A stretch of DNA of 64,000 nt from contig JAFXCT010000039.1 in NCBI GenBank assembly GCA_017521365.1, positions 12,433-76,432 on the forward strand, written 5' to 3'. Origin of the DNA: Clostridia bacterium (GTDB lineage: Bacteria > Bacillota > Clostridia > Oscillospirales > Acutalibacteraceae). A model generated the notes under the pieces. The model searched no databases and had not been told where the DNA came from. It was given only the letters and a program-made list of their open reading frames with translations. Below, piece by piece: positions 1-10,657 of the stretch. Made by a program: the position numbers and the translations under genes. Every line of letters begins with the position of its first letter. Position 1 is the stretch's first letter.

Positions 1-909
1 GAGCTTCTGCCTTTCTGGCACACCTTCTTTACCGAGCTCGGCTTCGGTATCACGCTTTCAGACAAATCTTCAAGAGAGCTCTACGTTTCGGGTCAGCACA
101 CAATTCCGTCCGATACTGTCTGCTATCCTGCAAAGCTGCTTCACGGCCACGTTGAGTCGCTTCTGAATAAGGGTGTCAGGGATATTTTCTACCCCTGTAT
201 GTCCTATAATATCGATGAGAAATTAGGCGACAACAACTATAACTGTCCCGTTGTTGCCTACTATCCCGAGGTGCTCCGTTCAAACGTAACCGCTCTTAAA
301 GAAATCAACTTTGTCAGCGATTATGTGGGCTTACACAGACCCAAGGATTTTGTCGGCAAGATACATAAAATAATCTGTGACAAATTTGAAAATGTCGGGC
401 TTGACGCAGTTAAGAAAGCCGCGGACAAGGCTTACGAGGAATACCACCTCTATATGAACAAGGTGCATATAGAAGGTCTTGACTTTATGAAGAAGGCAAA
501 GAAGGAGAACATTCCCGTTATTATCCTTTGCGGCAGACCCTATCACCTTGATGAGGAGATAAACCACGGTATAGATAAGCTCATCTGCGAATGCGGTGCG
601 GCAGTAGTTACCGAGGATGCGGTAAGTCCGCTCGTTTCAAAATTCCCGACGGATGTCCTCGACCAGTGGACTTATCATTCCCGCCTTTATGCTGCCGCCA
701 AATACGTTGCGGACAAGCAGGATAATGATATAAACATCGTTCAGCTTGTTTCCTTCGGCTGCGGTGTCGATGCAATTACAACCGACGAAATGCGCTCAAT
801 CCTTGAAAGCAGGGGACGCATATATACCCAGATTAAAATTGATGAAATTTCAAACACCGGTGCGGTTAAAATCAGGCTCAGAAGCCTGTTTGCCGCAACG
901 GGCAGATAA
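1..909 (+). CDS. acyl-CoA dehydratase activase-related protein, C-terminal part (5' end lies upstream of the window)
   Basis: Frame 1 is open from nt 1 (ELLPFWHTFFTELGF...TVCYPAKLLHGH...) into the listed 199..909 ORF. The sequence looks like the C-terminal half of BcrAD/BadFG-type activase-related proteins. Confidence 0.65.
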   Translation, partial: ELLPFWHTFFTELGFGITLSDKSSRELYVSGQHTIPSDTVCYPAKLLHGHVESLLNKGVRDIFYPCMSYNIDEKLGDNNYNCPVVAYYPEVLRSNVTALKEINFVSDYVGLHRPKDFVGKIHKIICDKFENVGLDAVKKAADKAYEEYHLYMNKVHIEGLDFMKKAKKENIPVIILCGRPYHLDEEINHGIDKLICECGAAVVTEDAVSPLVSKFPTDVLDQWTYHSRLYAAAKYVADKQDNDINIVQLVSFGCGVDAITTDEMRSILESRGRIYTQIKIDEISNTGAVKIRLRSLFAATGR

Positions 910-920
910 GGAGGAGAAGT

Positions 921-2165
921 ATGAATCCTGAAAACAGAGTTGAATTTACCAAGGAAATGCAGGATTACACAATCCTCGCACCCAATATGGCGGATATTCA
1001 TTTTTCAATACTGATGAATGTTCTTCGTGAATACGGCTACAATGTCAAGCTGCTCAAAAACGACGGCAGAGCGGTCGTTGATGAGGGACTTAAGTACGTC
1101 CATAACGATACCTGCTATCCCGCTTTGCTTGTAATCGGTCAGCTTATCGATGCACTAAACAGCGGCAAATATGATGTGAACAAAACCGCTTTGCTGATTA
1201 CCCAGTCGGGCGGCGGCTGCCGAGCCTCAAACTACATTCATCTGCTTCGCAAAGCCCTGCGTAAGGCGGGCTACGGGCAGGTGCCCGTAATTTCTCTCAA
1301 CCTTTCAGGTCTGGAGAAAAACAGCGGCTTCAAATTAAAGCCCTCAATGGCGCTCAAGGCTCTTTCGGCGCTCATTTACGGCGACCTTATTATGCTGCTC
1401 AAAAATCAGGTTGAGCCGTATGAAGTAAACAAGGGTGAAACGAACAGACTTGTTGACAAATGGATTGCCGATATCAGCGCAATGTTCAAGCAGAAAAAGG
1501 GCTACTCTATGCGTGAAATGAAACGCATACTGCCCGAAATTACAAAGAGCTTTGCCGATATAAAGGTAGAAAAAGTGCCGAAGGTCAAGGTCGGCGTTGT
1601 AGGCGAAATCTATGTCAAGTATTCGCCGCTTGCAAACAATAACCTTGAGGATTTCATAAAATCACAGAACTGCGAGGTTATGGTGCCCGGTCTTCTCGGC
1701 TTCTTCCTTTTCAAAACGGATAACCGCCTTGAGGATATCAAGCTTTACGGCGGTAAAAAGCTCAAGAAAATCGCAATGACGGTTGCTATGTGGTATTTGC
1801 AGAAAATCGAAACAATGCTCAATACCGCCGCAGGTGCCCACGGCGATTTCTGTGTGCCTGCACCCTATGCACATATAAAAGAAAAATGCACCGCAATAAT
1901 CGGTGCGGGCTGTAAAATGGGCGAGGGCTGGTTGCTTACGGCTGAAATGATGGAGCTGATAGAGAGCGGCTACGGCAATATCGTGTGTGCACAGCCCTTC
2001 GGCTGTCTGCCCAACCATATCGTCGGCAAGGGTATGATAAGAAAGCTCAAGGAGCTTTATCCGCAGTCCAACATAGTCCCCGTTGACTACGACCCCGGCG
2101 CAACCAAGGTAAACCAGGAAAACAGAATAAAGCTTATGCTTGCCATAGCCCAGGAGGCATTATAA
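921..2165 (+). CDS. 2-hydroxyacyl-CoA dehydratase family protein (HgdB/DUF2229-like)
   Basis: 414-aa ORF 11 nt after the previous stop, with a GGAGGAG RBS. Conserved-looking DTCYPAL and QPFGCLPNH blocks are typical of this family. Confidence 0.65.
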   Translation: MNPENRVEFTKEMQDYTILAPNMADIHFSILMNVLREYGYNVKLLKNDGRAVVDEGLKYVHNDTCYPALLVIGQLIDALNSGKYDVNKTALLITQSGGGCRASNYIHLLRKALRKAGYGQVPVISLNLSGLEKNSGFKLKPSMALKALSALIYGDLIMLLKNQVEPYEVNKGETNRLVDKWIADISAMFKQKKGYSMREMKRILPEITKSFADIKVEKVPKVKVGVVGEIYVKYSPLANNNLEDFIKSQNCEVMVPGLLGFFLFKTDNRLEDIKLYGGKKLKKIAMTVAMWYLQKIETMLNTAAGAHGDFCVPAPYAHIKEKCTAIIGAGCKMGEGWLLTAEMMELIESGYGNIVCAQPFGCLPNHIVGKGMIRKLKELYPQSNIVPVDYDPGATKVNQENRIKLMLAIAQEAL

Positions 2166-2170
2166 AAACT

Positions 2171-2200
2171 GCCCTGTACTCGCTGTTTTGAGTACAGGGC
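2171..2200. terminator. bidirectional intrinsic terminator between convergent genes
   Basis: Hairpin gccctgtactc/gagtacagggc, flanked by an A-run upstream and a T-run downstream. Confidence 0.6.
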
Positions 2201-2209
2201 TGAAATTTT

Positions 2210-3193
2210 TTAAAGAGTAACGGTTACGTTGTTTTTGTCTGAAATATATGCGTTTTCAAGCAGCTCCGTCAGTGCAATTGCAAGGTCGAGGCCTAAGCCT
2301 TCGGGTGTGCCCGTGCCGTCAATGCAGGCATCAATAAACTTGTTGAGAGGCTCTGCGTCGGCGTTTTCCGTCTTGGGTACGATGGGCTCGTTGCTGATTT
2401 CGGCTGTTTCCTTTGTCTTTACGGTAATCTTTCCGCTTTCCTCAAACAGTGAGCCGTCCGTGCCGTAAACCTCAAGCCTGTGCGGTGCGTAGTATGAGTC
2501 AAAGCCCGTTTCGGAAATACCGATTACGCCGTTTTCAAACTCAATAATCGATACGGCGTTTTCGTCAACCTCACTGCCGAGCGGTGCATTGAAAAGTGAG
2601 CTGATTCTCTTGGGCTTACCGCAAAGAGCGGCAAGCTGATACATCGGGTGGCAGCCAAGGTCCATCATTGCGCCGCCGCCTGCGGCAGCTTCGTCAAACC
2701 AGTATTTGGGAAGCCAGCCGTTGCTCACACCGCTGTGTGCGTTGCGTATGCGGATTGTCGTAACCTTTCCGAGCTTGCCCGAGTCGATATATTCCTTTGC
2801 CAGCTTCATAACGCTGTTGTAAAGCTGAGGGTAGGAGATTGTGAAGGTAACGCCTGCTTCTTCGATTGCGGCGGCAATTTTTTTGCAGCCCTCAACGGTT
2901 GTTGAAAGTGCCTTTTCGGTGAATATGTGCTTGCCTGCCTTAGCAGCCTTTATAAGTACTTCCTCGTGCATTGTTGTGGGTGTGTCGCAGATAACTGCGT
3001 CAACGTCCTCACGGGCAAGAAGCGTGTCAAGGTCGGCTTCAAAATCTGCGCCGAGCCTGCCTGCCCACTCTGCACCTCTGTCAGCGTCCTCATCCCATAC
3101 AGCGGTAATCTGTGCCTTGCCTGTTGCAAGAATTGTTCTTGCGTAACCTTCTGCGTGAACGTGCCATTTTGAAAGCATTGCCACTCTGATCAT
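2210..3193 (-). CDS. Gfo/Idh/MocA family oxidoreductase
   Basis: 327 aa with an N-terminal Rossmann segment (MIRVAMLSKWHVHA) and an FTEKAL motif. RBS AAAGGAG. Confidence 0.85.
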   Translation of the reverse strand: MIRVAMLSKWHVHAEGYARTILATGKAQITAVWDEDADRGAEWAGRLGADFEADLDTLLAREDVDAVICDTPTTMHEEVLIKAAKAGKHIFTEKALSTTVEGCKKIAAAIEEAGVTFTISYPQLYNSVMKLAKEYIDSGKLGKVTTIRIRNAHSGVSNGWLPKYWFDEAAAGGGAMMDLGCHPMYQLAALCGKPKRISSLFNAPLGSEVDENAVSIIEFENGVIGISETGFDSYYAPHRLEVYGTDGSLFEESGKITVKTKETAEISNEPIVPKTENADAEPLNKFIDACIDGTGTPEGLGLDLAIALTELLENAYISDKNNVTVTL

Positions 3194-3368
3194 AATATTA
3201 TCTCCTTTAAATATTTATATTTCGGTTAGAGTGACGATTATAATCCGAACCCGTTTTTTGCGGGGCGGATTTCCGCCATCTCGTCGTTAAAATACTCGTA
3301 AATCCGTCAGGATTTACTGCGTTTTGTGCCTTGATATGCCAAAAATCCGTTTCGCAAAAAATCTGCGA

Positions 3369-3390
3369 CCCAAAAATTCACGCTTTTGGG
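3369..3390 (-). terminator. possible intrinsic terminator after the iolC-like gene
   Basis: Stem cccaaaa/ttttggg, with a T-run a few nt downstream on the minus strand. Confidence 0.35.
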
Positions 3391-3400
3391 CGGGCTCTGA

Positions 3401-4423
3401 TTATACTCGGCACTCTACAATTTCGCCGCAGCCGTTAGCTTTTTGTTCAGCTATGAATTTTTCAATTGCTTCCGCTTTAGGCATAGCCTCGGAACAGCTG
3501 TGTGCCGAAACAAGCATTGAAGCTGAGGCTGTTGCAAATTCAAGTGCATCCTTGAGTGTTTTGCCGTTGAGAAGCGAGTAGAGGAAGGCGGAAGCGTATC
3601 CGTCGCCGCCGCCGAAGCCCTTGAGCATCTTGACGGGGAAGATGTTTACCTTGTAGTTTGTACCGTCACAGGCGTAGGCGTATGAGCCCTCCTTGCCGTG
3701 CTTGATGATAATGAGCTTTGCGCCGTAGCCGTGCCACAGCTTTGCTGATGCGAGGTCATCGTTGCCGCCGCCCGTAATTGCTTCCGTCAGGTCAAATTCC
3801 TCACGTGAGCCGAGGATGATGTCCGCATTCTGTGCAACGAGATTGTAGTAAATGGAAATTTCGTCCTTGTTTTTCCACGTGTAGCTGCGGTAGTCAATGT
3901 CAAATACAACAATCGTGCCGTTCTTTTTGGCAAGGAACATAGCTTTCAGTGCGGCCTCTCTGCTGGGCGAAGCGCAAAGCGAGGTGCCCGAAATAACAAG
4001 CATTTTTGCCTGCTTTATGTATTCTTCGTCAATGTCCTCAACATCGAGCATAAGGTCTGCAACGCCGTAGCGGTACATCAGAATGCTTGATTCTGTGGGA
4101 CTTTTGATTTCCGTAAAGGTAAGGCCGAGGTTTTCGCCGTTAGTACAGCGGACGATGTGTGAAACGTCAATGCCGTCGTTTCTGAAATAGTTTGTTACAT
4201 AGTCACCGAACTGGTCGTCGGAAACTCTTGCAAAAAAGCCGCACTTTGCGCCGAGCCTTGCAAGGCCTACGGCAATGTTTGCGGGTGAACCGCCGACGTA
4301 TTTGTTGAAGTTACTGCTTTCGGAAAGCGGCTTGTTCATATCCGTGGGGTTGAAGTCAATGGCAACTCTGCCAAGCGGAATTACGTCAAAGGATCTGGTG
4401 CTGTCAAAATTAAAGTAGGTCAT
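3401..4423 (-). CDS. iolC: 5-dehydro-2-deoxygluconokinase-like PfkB sugar kinase
   Basis: 340 aa with an IolC-type N-terminus (FDVIPLGRVAIDFNPTD), GGSPANIA, and the C-terminal GGGDGYASAFL PfkB signature. Confidence 0.7.
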   Translation of the reverse strand: MTYFNFDSTRSFDVIPLGRVAIDFNPTDMNKPLSESSNFNKYVGGSPANIAVGLARLGAKCGFFARVSDDQFGDYVTNYFRNDGIDVSHIVRCTNGENLGLTFTEIKSPTESSILMYRYGVADLMLDVEDIDEEYIKQAKMLVISGTSLCASPSREAALKAMFLAKKNGTIVVFDIDYRSYTWKNKDEISIYYNLVAQNADIILGSREEFDLTEAITGGGNDDLASAKLWHGYGAKLIIIKHGKEGSYAYACDGTNYKVNIFPVKMLKGFGGGDGYASAFLYSLLNGKTLKDALEFATASASMLVSAHSCSEAMPKAEAIEKFIAEQKANGCGEIVECRV

Positions 4424-4438
4424 AGGTGTTTCTCCTTT

Positions 4439-5290
4439 TTATATAAGATGTGCTTTTCCTGCACAGTCAAAAATTTCAATGTGTTTGATTGCGTTTCGGT
4501 ATGCGCCTTCAACCTCGGCGGCCTGCAAATCGTAATAGCCGCTGATATTTCCTTCTTCATAGGCACGCCTTACGCTTTGCTGAACGTTGTCAAAGGTAGC
4601 GGTTGCAATGTTTATTTTCTTTATTCCGTTTTCACGGCACCTTACGAATTCCTCGGGCAGTATTCCCGTACCGCCGTGAAGAACAAGCGGAACGTCAACG
4701 CTCGATTTGATTTCTTCAAGTATATCAAACCTCAGATGCGGCGTTTCCTTGTAGTTGCCGTGAGCGTTGCCTATTGCAATTGCAAGTGCGTCAACCTTTG
4801 TTTTTTCAACGAATTCAACAGCCTGAGCAGGGGAGGTACAGTTTATTGCAATATCCTTGCTGCCGTCCTCGCTTCCGCCTACACAGCCGATTTCCGCTTC
4901 AACCGCCGCACCGTATTCTTTTGCAAGCTCAACGGTTTGCTTTGTTTTGGCAATGTTTTCCTCAAGAGGCAGGTGCGACCCGTCAAACATAACGCTCGTA
5001 AAGCCGATTTCAAGCGCCTGCTTTATTTTGTCAATCGTCAGTCCGTGGTCAAAATGCACCGCAACGGGGACACTTGCGTTTTTTGCGGCGGCAACCATAA
5101 GAGGGCCGATAATTTCAAGCGGCGATTGTTTTAGCCTTACCTCGGCAATCTGTAAAATAACGGGGCTTTGCGTTTCCTCGGCGGCCTTGAGTACGCCGAG
5201 CACCATTTCCATATTTGCTACGCTGAAGCTGCCTACAGCCCAGCTGCTTTCCCTCGCTTTTTCAAGCAGGGCTTTCATATTGTAAAGCAT
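4439..5290 (-). CDS. class II fructose/tagatose-bisphosphate aldolase family protein (IolJ-like given its neighbour)
   Basis: 283 aa with HFDHG and LVLHGGTG metal/phosphate-binding blocks. It sits immediately upstream of the iolC-like gene on the same strand. Confidence 0.75.
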   Translation of the reverse strand: MLYNMKALLEKARESSWAVGSFSVANMEMVLGVLKAAEETQSPVILQIAEVRLKQSPLEIIGPLMVAAAKNASVPVAVHFDHGLTIDKIKQALEIGFTSVMFDGSHLPLEENIAKTKQTVELAKEYGAAVEAEIGCVGGSEDGSKDIAINCTSPAQAVEFVEKTKVDALAIAIGNAHGNYKETPHLRFDILEEIKSSVDVPLVLHGGTGILPEEFVRCRENGIKKINIATATFDNVQQSVRRAYEEGNISGYYDLQAAEVEGAYRNAIKHIEIFDCAGKAHLI

Positions 5291-5419
5291 AAAATTTGTA
5301 CTTCCCGAAAATTTATTACTTTATTTTTAACATATTTTACATTAATAGTCAATTCAAACTTGAAATGTATTTTTCAGTGTGTTATAATAGCAAAAAATTT
5401 ATATTTAGGATGTGTCATT

Positions 5420-5887
5420 ATGAAAAAAACAAACGGTTTTATGGCTGAATTCAAAACATTTATTATGAGAGGCAACGTTGTTGACCTTGCAGTCGGCGTT
5501 ATCATCGGCGCCGCTTTCCAGGCTATTATCAAGAGCCTTGTTGATGACGTTGTTATGCCCGTTATCGGTCTTGTTACAGGCGGTCTCGATTTTTCAAACC
5601 TTTTTGTTGCTCTCGACGGTAACGAGTACGAAACACTTGCCGCTGCTCAGGAGGCAGGTGCCGCAACTCTCAACTACGGTAACTTCATTGGCGCAATCTT
5701 TAATTTCCTCATTATGGCTTTCGTTATCTTCTGCCTTGTAAAGGCTATCAACAACCTTCGTGCAAAGACTGAAAAGAAGGTTGAAGAAGCACCTGCAGCA
5801 CCCACAACAAAGAAGTGCCCCTACTGCAAGAGCGAAATCGATATCGAAGCTACAAAGTGCCCCAACTGTACTTCTGACGTAGAATAA
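5420..5887 (+). CDS. mscL: large-conductance mechanosensitive channel MscL with a C-terminal Cys4 tail
   Basis: Internal ATG at 5420 of ORF 5168..5887 gives [33 protein letters not shown]..., the canonical MscL N-terminus. The upstream part of the ORF is AT-rich promoter DNA. Confidence 0.9.
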   Translation: MKKTNGFMAEFKTFIMRGNVVDLAVGVIIGAAFQAIIKSLVDDVVMPVIGLVTGGLDFSNLFVALDGNEYETLAAAQEAGAATLNYGNFIGAIFNFLIMAFVIFCLVKAINNLRAKTEKKVEEAPAAPTTKKCPYCKSEIDIEATKCPNCTSDVE

Positions 5888-5906
5888 TTATTCCGGTGAT
5901 ATAAAA

Positions 5907-6713
5907 ATGAAAATCGGTTTTATCGGTGCCGGCAATCTTGCAACCGCCCTGGTTGCCGGTGCTTCCAAAACAAGCTTTTTTAAAGAGAACGAGTTTTACG
6001 CCTACGATGTTTTTGAGCCGAGCCTTGAAAACATTGCCTGTTTCGGCGTGAACAGGTGCGCAAGCGTAACAGAGCTTATTGAAAACAGCGATACGGTAAT
6101 TCTCGCCGTCAAGCCCAAGGATTTTCCTGCGCTTCTCACATCAAATGCAGAGGCTTTCGGCAAGAAGAATCCCTTTATTGTTTCCGTTGCGGCGGGTACG
6201 GATTTGTCGTATGTCCGCTCGCTTTTAGGCTTTGATGCAAGGCTTGCAAGAATTATGCCCAATATCAATGCTTCTGTCGGCGGCTCTGCAACGGCAGTCT
6301 GCTGCCCCGAAAACGTCACAGCAGAGGAAAAGCAGAGCCTTATCGGCTTTTGCGAAAGCTTCGGTTCGGCATTTGAAATAGGGGAGGAGCTTTTCCCCGT
6401 TTTCGGTGTTATCGGCGGCTGTTCCCCTGCGTTCAGCTATATGTACATCGACCAGCTTGCACGTGCGGCGGTAAAGCTCGGTATGAACAAAAAAACCGCA
6501 CTTATGGTTGCCGCACAGGCAGTTAAGGGCAGTGCGGAAAAAATATTTTCCGCCAACGAGCATCCTTACGACTTGATTGACAAGGTCTGCTCACCCGGCG
6601 GTACCACAATCGAAGGCGTTGCCGCTTTGCAGGCAAACGGCTTTGAAAATGCGGTTAATGCGGCGGTAGAAGCTGCATATAATAAAGACTGTAAAATGAG
6701 AGAGAAAAAATAA
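5907..6713 (+). CDS. proC: pyrroline-5-carboxylate reductase
   Basis: 268 aa with MKIGFIGAGNLA Rossmann start and the SPGGTTIEG motif. Confidence 0.9.
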   Translation: MKIGFIGAGNLATALVAGASKTSFFKENEFYAYDVFEPSLENIACFGVNRCASVTELIENSDTVILAVKPKDFPALLTSNAEAFGKKNPFIVSVAAGTDLSYVRSLLGFDARLARIMPNINASVGGSATAVCCPENVTAEEKQSLIGFCESFGSAFEIGEELFPVFGVIGGCSPAFSYMYIDQLARAAVKLGMNKKTALMVAAQAVKGSAEKIFSANEHPYDLIDKVCSPGGTTIEGVAALQANGFENAVNAAVEAAYNKDCKMREKK

Positions 6714-6734
6714 CTGAAAGGTAGCATATTTCCA

Positions 6735-8126
6735 ATGAACATTATTACTATCCGTGAGCTGTTTGAAAAAAGAGAACAGTTTTACGACAAAGAACTTGAA
6801 GTCTGCGGCTGGGTGCGCAGTGTCCGTGCTTCAAAGGCATTCGGCTTTATCGTTGTAAGCGACGGTACTTTTTTTGAGCCGCTGCAGGTTGTTTTCCACG
6901 ACAATATGGAAAATTTTGAGCAGGTTTCCAAGCTCAATGTAGGTTCAGCCATCATAGTCAAGGGCACACTCGTTGCAACTCCCGAAGCAAAGCAGCCCTT
7001 TGAAATCCAGGCAACTCAAGTCTTTGTCGAGGGTGCGTCAACTCCCGACTATCCGCTTCAGAAAAAGCGCCATACACTCGAGTTTCTCCGTACGATGACT
7101 CACCTTCGTGCAAGAACAAATACCTTCCAGGCGGTATTCCGTGTCCGCTCTCTCATTGCTTTTGCAATCCACAGCTTCTTTATGGAGCGTAACTTTGTTT
7201 ATGTCCACACTCCCATCATCACAGGCTCCGACTGTGAGGGTGCAGGCGAAATGTTCCGTGTTTCCACTCTCGACCCCGATAATCTGCCTATGACCGAGGA
7301 CGGCAAGGTTGACTACAGCCAGGACTTCTTCGGCAAGCCCACCAACCTCACTGTCAGCGGTCAGCTCAACGGCGAAACCTACGCAATGGCTTTCCGCAAT
7401 ATCTATACCTTCGGCCCCACCTTCCGTGCCGAAAACTCCAACACAACACGCCATGCGGCTGAGTTCTGGATGATTGAGCCCGAAATCGCTTTTGCAGACC
7501 TGAGTGACGATATGCAGCTGGCAGAAGATATGCTCAAGTATGTTATCAACTACGTTCTCGAAAAAGCTCCCGAGGAAATGAAATTCTTCGACAGCTTTAT
7601 CGACAAGGGTCTTCTTGAAAGACTTCACAATGTTGTCAATTCCGATTTCGGCAGAGTAACCTATACAGAGGCTATAGAAATCCTTTCCAAGAACAACGCT
7701 AACTTCGACTATCCTGTTGAATGGGGCTGCGATTTGCAGACGGAGCATGAGCGTTACCTCACAGAGGAAGTGTTCAAGCGTCCCGTATTCGTAACAGATT
7801 ATCCGAAGGAAATCAAGGCTTTCTATATGAAGCTCAATCCCGACGGAAAGACGGTTGCCGCTATGGACTGTCTTGTTCCCGGTATCGGCGAAATCATCGG
7901 CGGCAGCCAGAGAGAGGACGATTACGACAAGCTCGTAACCCGTATGAATGAGCTCGGCCTCAACCCCGAGGATTACGATTTCTACCTCGACCTTCGCAAG
8001 TACGGCACAGCCCGTCACGCAGGCTTCGGCCTCGGCTTTGAGCGTTGCGTAATGTACCTTACGGGTATGTCCAACATCCGTGACGTGCTTCCCTTCCCCA
8101 GAACAGTAAACAACTGCGATATCTAA
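6735..8126 (+). CDS. asnS: asparagine--tRNA ligase
   Basis: 463 aa with class II aaRS motifs ([33 protein letters not shown]). Confidence 0.95.
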   Translation: MNIITIRELFEKREQFYDKELEVCGWVRSVRASKAFGFIVVSDGTFFEPLQVVFHDNMENFEQVSKLNVGSAIIVKGTLVATPEAKQPFEIQATQVFVEGASTPDYPLQKKRHTLEFLRTMTHLRARTNTFQAVFRVRSLIAFAIHSFFMERNFVYVHTPIITGSDCEGAGEMFRVSTLDPDNLPMTEDGKVDYSQDFFGKPTNLTVSGQLNGETYAMAFRNIYTFGPTFRAENSNTTRHAAEFWMIEPEIAFADLSDDMQLAEDMLKYVINYVLEKAPEEMKFFDSFIDKGLLERLHNVVNSDFGRVTYTEAIEILSKNNANFDYPVEWGCDLQTEHERYLTEEVFKRPVFVTDYPKEIKAFYMKLNPDGKTVAAMDCLVPGIGEIIGGSQREDDYDKLVTRMNELGLNPEDYDFYLDLRKYGTARHAGFGLGFERCVMYLTGMSNIRDVLPFPRTVNNCDI

Positions 8127-8133
8127 TTTTTTT

Positions 8134-8164
8134 AAAACCCGCTGTACTCAACGGCGGGTTTTAA
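8134..8164 (+). terminator. intrinsic terminator after asnS
   Basis: Stem aacccgc/gcgggtt followed by ttttaaaat. Confidence 0.6.
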
Positions 8165-8207
8165 AATAAGTATATGACGAATAATTGTTTATATTTCGGA
8201 GAGAGTT

Positions 8208-10607
8208 ATGAAGAATGATTGTATAAATTTTAATCAATATAAATCTAAATTAAGAGTGCGAACCCTGTGTATTGGTGCATGTATGGGAAGCGTTATTGGA
8301 TTGATGGCGTTTTTGCCAATATTGGTAAGACATAATGGTCAGTTAATGGATTTTGGTGATTATTTTCTTCAATATGTACCATTCATCAAGGAGTTCAAAA
8401 GGATGGTTTTGTCGGGAGATTTATCTTGGAGCTGGAATTCTTTTCTTGGTGATAGTTTTATCGGTGCGTATTCTTATTATACGGTGTTTAATCCGTTTGC
8501 GTGGATAGTTGCTCTTTTTCCAGATGATTATATTCTTTACGGAACAATGTTTGCAACAACGCTTAAGCTTTCAGTTTGTGTCGTTACGGCGATGTTGTTT
8601 GTTCGACGTTTTTGCAATAGTGATATATATGCTTTAATTGGTGGTTTATTATATGCATTTTCAGGATTTACACTTGTGAACACTAATTTCTACTTCTTTT
8701 TAGATGTTGTTGCTGTTTTTCCACTTGTTTTGTATGGTTTGGAAATTCTTATTGAGGAACGGAAAAACTATATATATGTGTTCTCGTTGTTGCTGAATGC
8801 TGCAATTAATTTTTACTTTTTTGTTTCGACTGTGTTATTAGTTGTTATATATGTTGTTTTTCGATTAAATCTATATAAAATTTCGTTATGGAAAAATAAT
8901 TGGATAATATTAAAGCGAATTATTCTGTACAGTATTATCGGAACGGGATTGGCTGGATTTTCGCTAATTCCATCTTTTTATGCTATTTTAGGTTCAGGGA
9001 AAGCGACTGCTTCCATAGGCAATAGCAACCAACTAATGTATTTTACACAGGAAATTTTAGAACGCATACGAACATTGGTTGCTCCTATTGAGAGTAGTCG
9101 GTATCGCGCTTTTTTCGACAGTGGTATATGGTCCTCTACAGGTGTGTATCTTCCCGTATTCGGTTTTGTATGTGTGTTGCAATGGCTTATTAATAAAAAA
9201 GATTGGTTGAAGAAAACATGTATTTTTCTTCTAATTTGTTATTTTGTTCCTTTTTTAAATGCGGCTTTTAACCTTTTTTCTTCTACAGCATATACCAGAT
9301 GGCTTTATGGTATGGCACTGATATTTTCCCTTATAACTGCCCTTTCGTTGGAAGAAATCTCTGCAACAAAAGATTCAATAAACAAGAAACTTTTGGCAGG
9401 AATTACATCGTTTACTTTTTTGCTGTTGCTTGTTCCTACGGTAACATATTTCTTGTACAAAAATGGAATTTACGCCGTAAATCGTTTTGCAAGTGTTTGC
9501 GTTACATGGTATTTTATGGGATACTCTCCTATCATAATTATGTTGATACTTACAGCATTTAATTATATTGCTGTTTGGTGTGTTGCTGCTTTTAAAAAGC
9601 CTCAGGGTAAAATGATTTTAATCATTGTTTCTGTAGCGTGTTTATTTAATTTTGGCATTTATAATGAAATTAATTATGGATTACATAATAGAGGGTACAC
9701 TAATTCGTATTATCTGGAAAAATCATTAACTGAAGGTGTAGAGAAAGAAGAAAACTTTTTTGAATATCGCATAGATTATCCCGAGCAAATTGCCAATTAT
9801 AGTTTGTTTAAGAATAGGCCTTCCGTTAATTATTACAACAGTTTGCAGAATCCTGGTAGTTCACGGTTTGCATACTCTGCTGGAATTGGTGATAGTTTAG
9901 CGGATACAGTTTTAATTAATCCAGTAGAAGGGGCTGAATATACTGATGCTTTGTTGTCCGTTAAGTATTACTATGACTACGATGGAGAAGGTGTTGTTCC
10001 GAAGGGCTTTAGTTATCTGCGAACTGAAAACGAAGTGAAAGTTTATGAGAACGATAACTATATCCCGATGGGTTTTGTATATGATACTTATTGCACCGAA
10101 ATGAAACTAAAAGATATGCTACCTAAAGAACGAGCAAAAGCGATGTTACAAACACTGGTTGTTAAGGATTCTGATGTAAAAACGGTAAGTAAATATCTTA
10201 AAGAAGCAACAGATTTTAATGATGATTTTGACAGTACGGTTTCAAGTCGAAAAAAATCGACGAGTAATAGTTTTGTCGGTACATCATCTGGATTTTCTGC
10301 AGATATTTATCTTGATGAAGAAAATATTGTTTTTTTCAGTATTCCATATGATACAGGATGGGAGATTACAGTTAATGGTGTACCGGCAAATATTCTAGAG
10401 GTAAATTACGGTCTCTTAGGAATATGTTGCAATGCAGGAGCAAATGAGATATCAGCAACATATCATACACAAGGGTTGAATCTTGGTATTATATGTAGTT
10501 TAGCTTGTTTGTTTATATGGTTGTTTGCAGAAGTTTTAAATGCTTTTTCAAAGCGAAAGAAAAAGCATTTAGTTAGTATATTTAGAAATAGTGTAAGCAA
10601 AAAGTGA
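8208..10607 (+). CDS. YfhO family membrane protein (putative lipid-linked glycosyltransferase), AT-rich copy
   Basis: 799 aa and polytopic. The N-terminal block DYFLQYVPFIKEFKRMVLSGDLSWSWNSFLGDSFIGAYSYY is typical of YfhO and paralogous to 36297..38606. Confidence 0.8.
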   Translation: MKNDCINFNQYKSKLRVRTLCIGACMGSVIGLMAFLPILVRHNGQLMDFGDYFLQYVPFIKEFKRMVLSGDLSWSWNSFLGDSFIGAYSYYTVFNPFAWIVALFPDDYILYGTMFATTLKLSVCVVTAMLFVRRFCNSDIYALIGGLLYAFSGFTLVNTNFYFFLDVVAVFPLVLYGLEILIEERKNYIYVFSLLLNAAINFYFFVSTVLLVVIYVVFRLNLYKISLWKNNWIILKRIILYSIIGTGLAGFSLIPSFYAILGSGKATASIGNSNQLMYFTQEILERIRTLVAPIESSRYRAFFDSGIWSSTGVYLPVFGFVCVLQWLINKKDWLKKTCIFLLICYFVPFLNAAFNLFSSTAYTRWLYGMALIFSLITALSLEEISATKDSINKKLLAGITSFTFLLLLVPTVTYFLYKNGIYAVNRFASVCVTWYFMGYSPIIIMLILTAFNYIAVWCVAAFKKPQGKMILIIVSVACLFNFGIYNEINYGLHNRGYTNSYYLEKSLTEGVEKEENFFEYRIDYPEQIANYSLFKNRPSVNYYNSLQNPGSSRFAYSAGIGDSLADTVLINPVEGAEYTDALLSVKYYYDYDGEGVVPKGFSYLRTENEVKVYENDNYIPMGFVYDTYCTEMKLKDMLPKERAKAMLQTLVVKDSDVKTVSKYLKEATDFNDDFDSTVSSRKKSTSNSFVGTSSGFSADIYLDEENIVFFSIPYDTGWEITVNGVPANILEVNYGLLGICCNAGANEISATYHTQGLNLGIICSLACLFIWLFAEVLNAFSKRKKKHLVSIFRNSVSKK

Positions 10608-10625
10608 TTGGTAATAAAGAACTTA

Positions 10626-10657
10626 AAAACCCGTTGTTTTCAGCGGGTTTTGTTTTT
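10626..10657 (+). terminator. intrinsic terminator after yfhO-like gene
   Basis: Stem aaaacccg/cgggtttt followed by a T-run. Confidence 0.7.

Noticed and set aside
2210-5290. Considered a complete inositol catabolic (iol) operon.
   Set aside because: Only the iolC-like kinase, a class II aldolase and a Gfo/Idh/MocA oxidoreductase are present. No iolB/D/E-like genes are in the window, so the pathway assignment stays tentative.
7038-8018. Long antisense ORFs opposite well-supported genes: 7038..8018, 20980..21738, 26633..27610, 29589..30569, 40008..40718, 53183..53896, 61733..62917 and 24026..24652.
   Set aside because: Each lies entirely inside a confidently identified gene on the other strand. 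They have low-complexity or odd composition (Val/Cys/Arg-rich), no RBS and no recognisable family. These are typical shadow ORFs.
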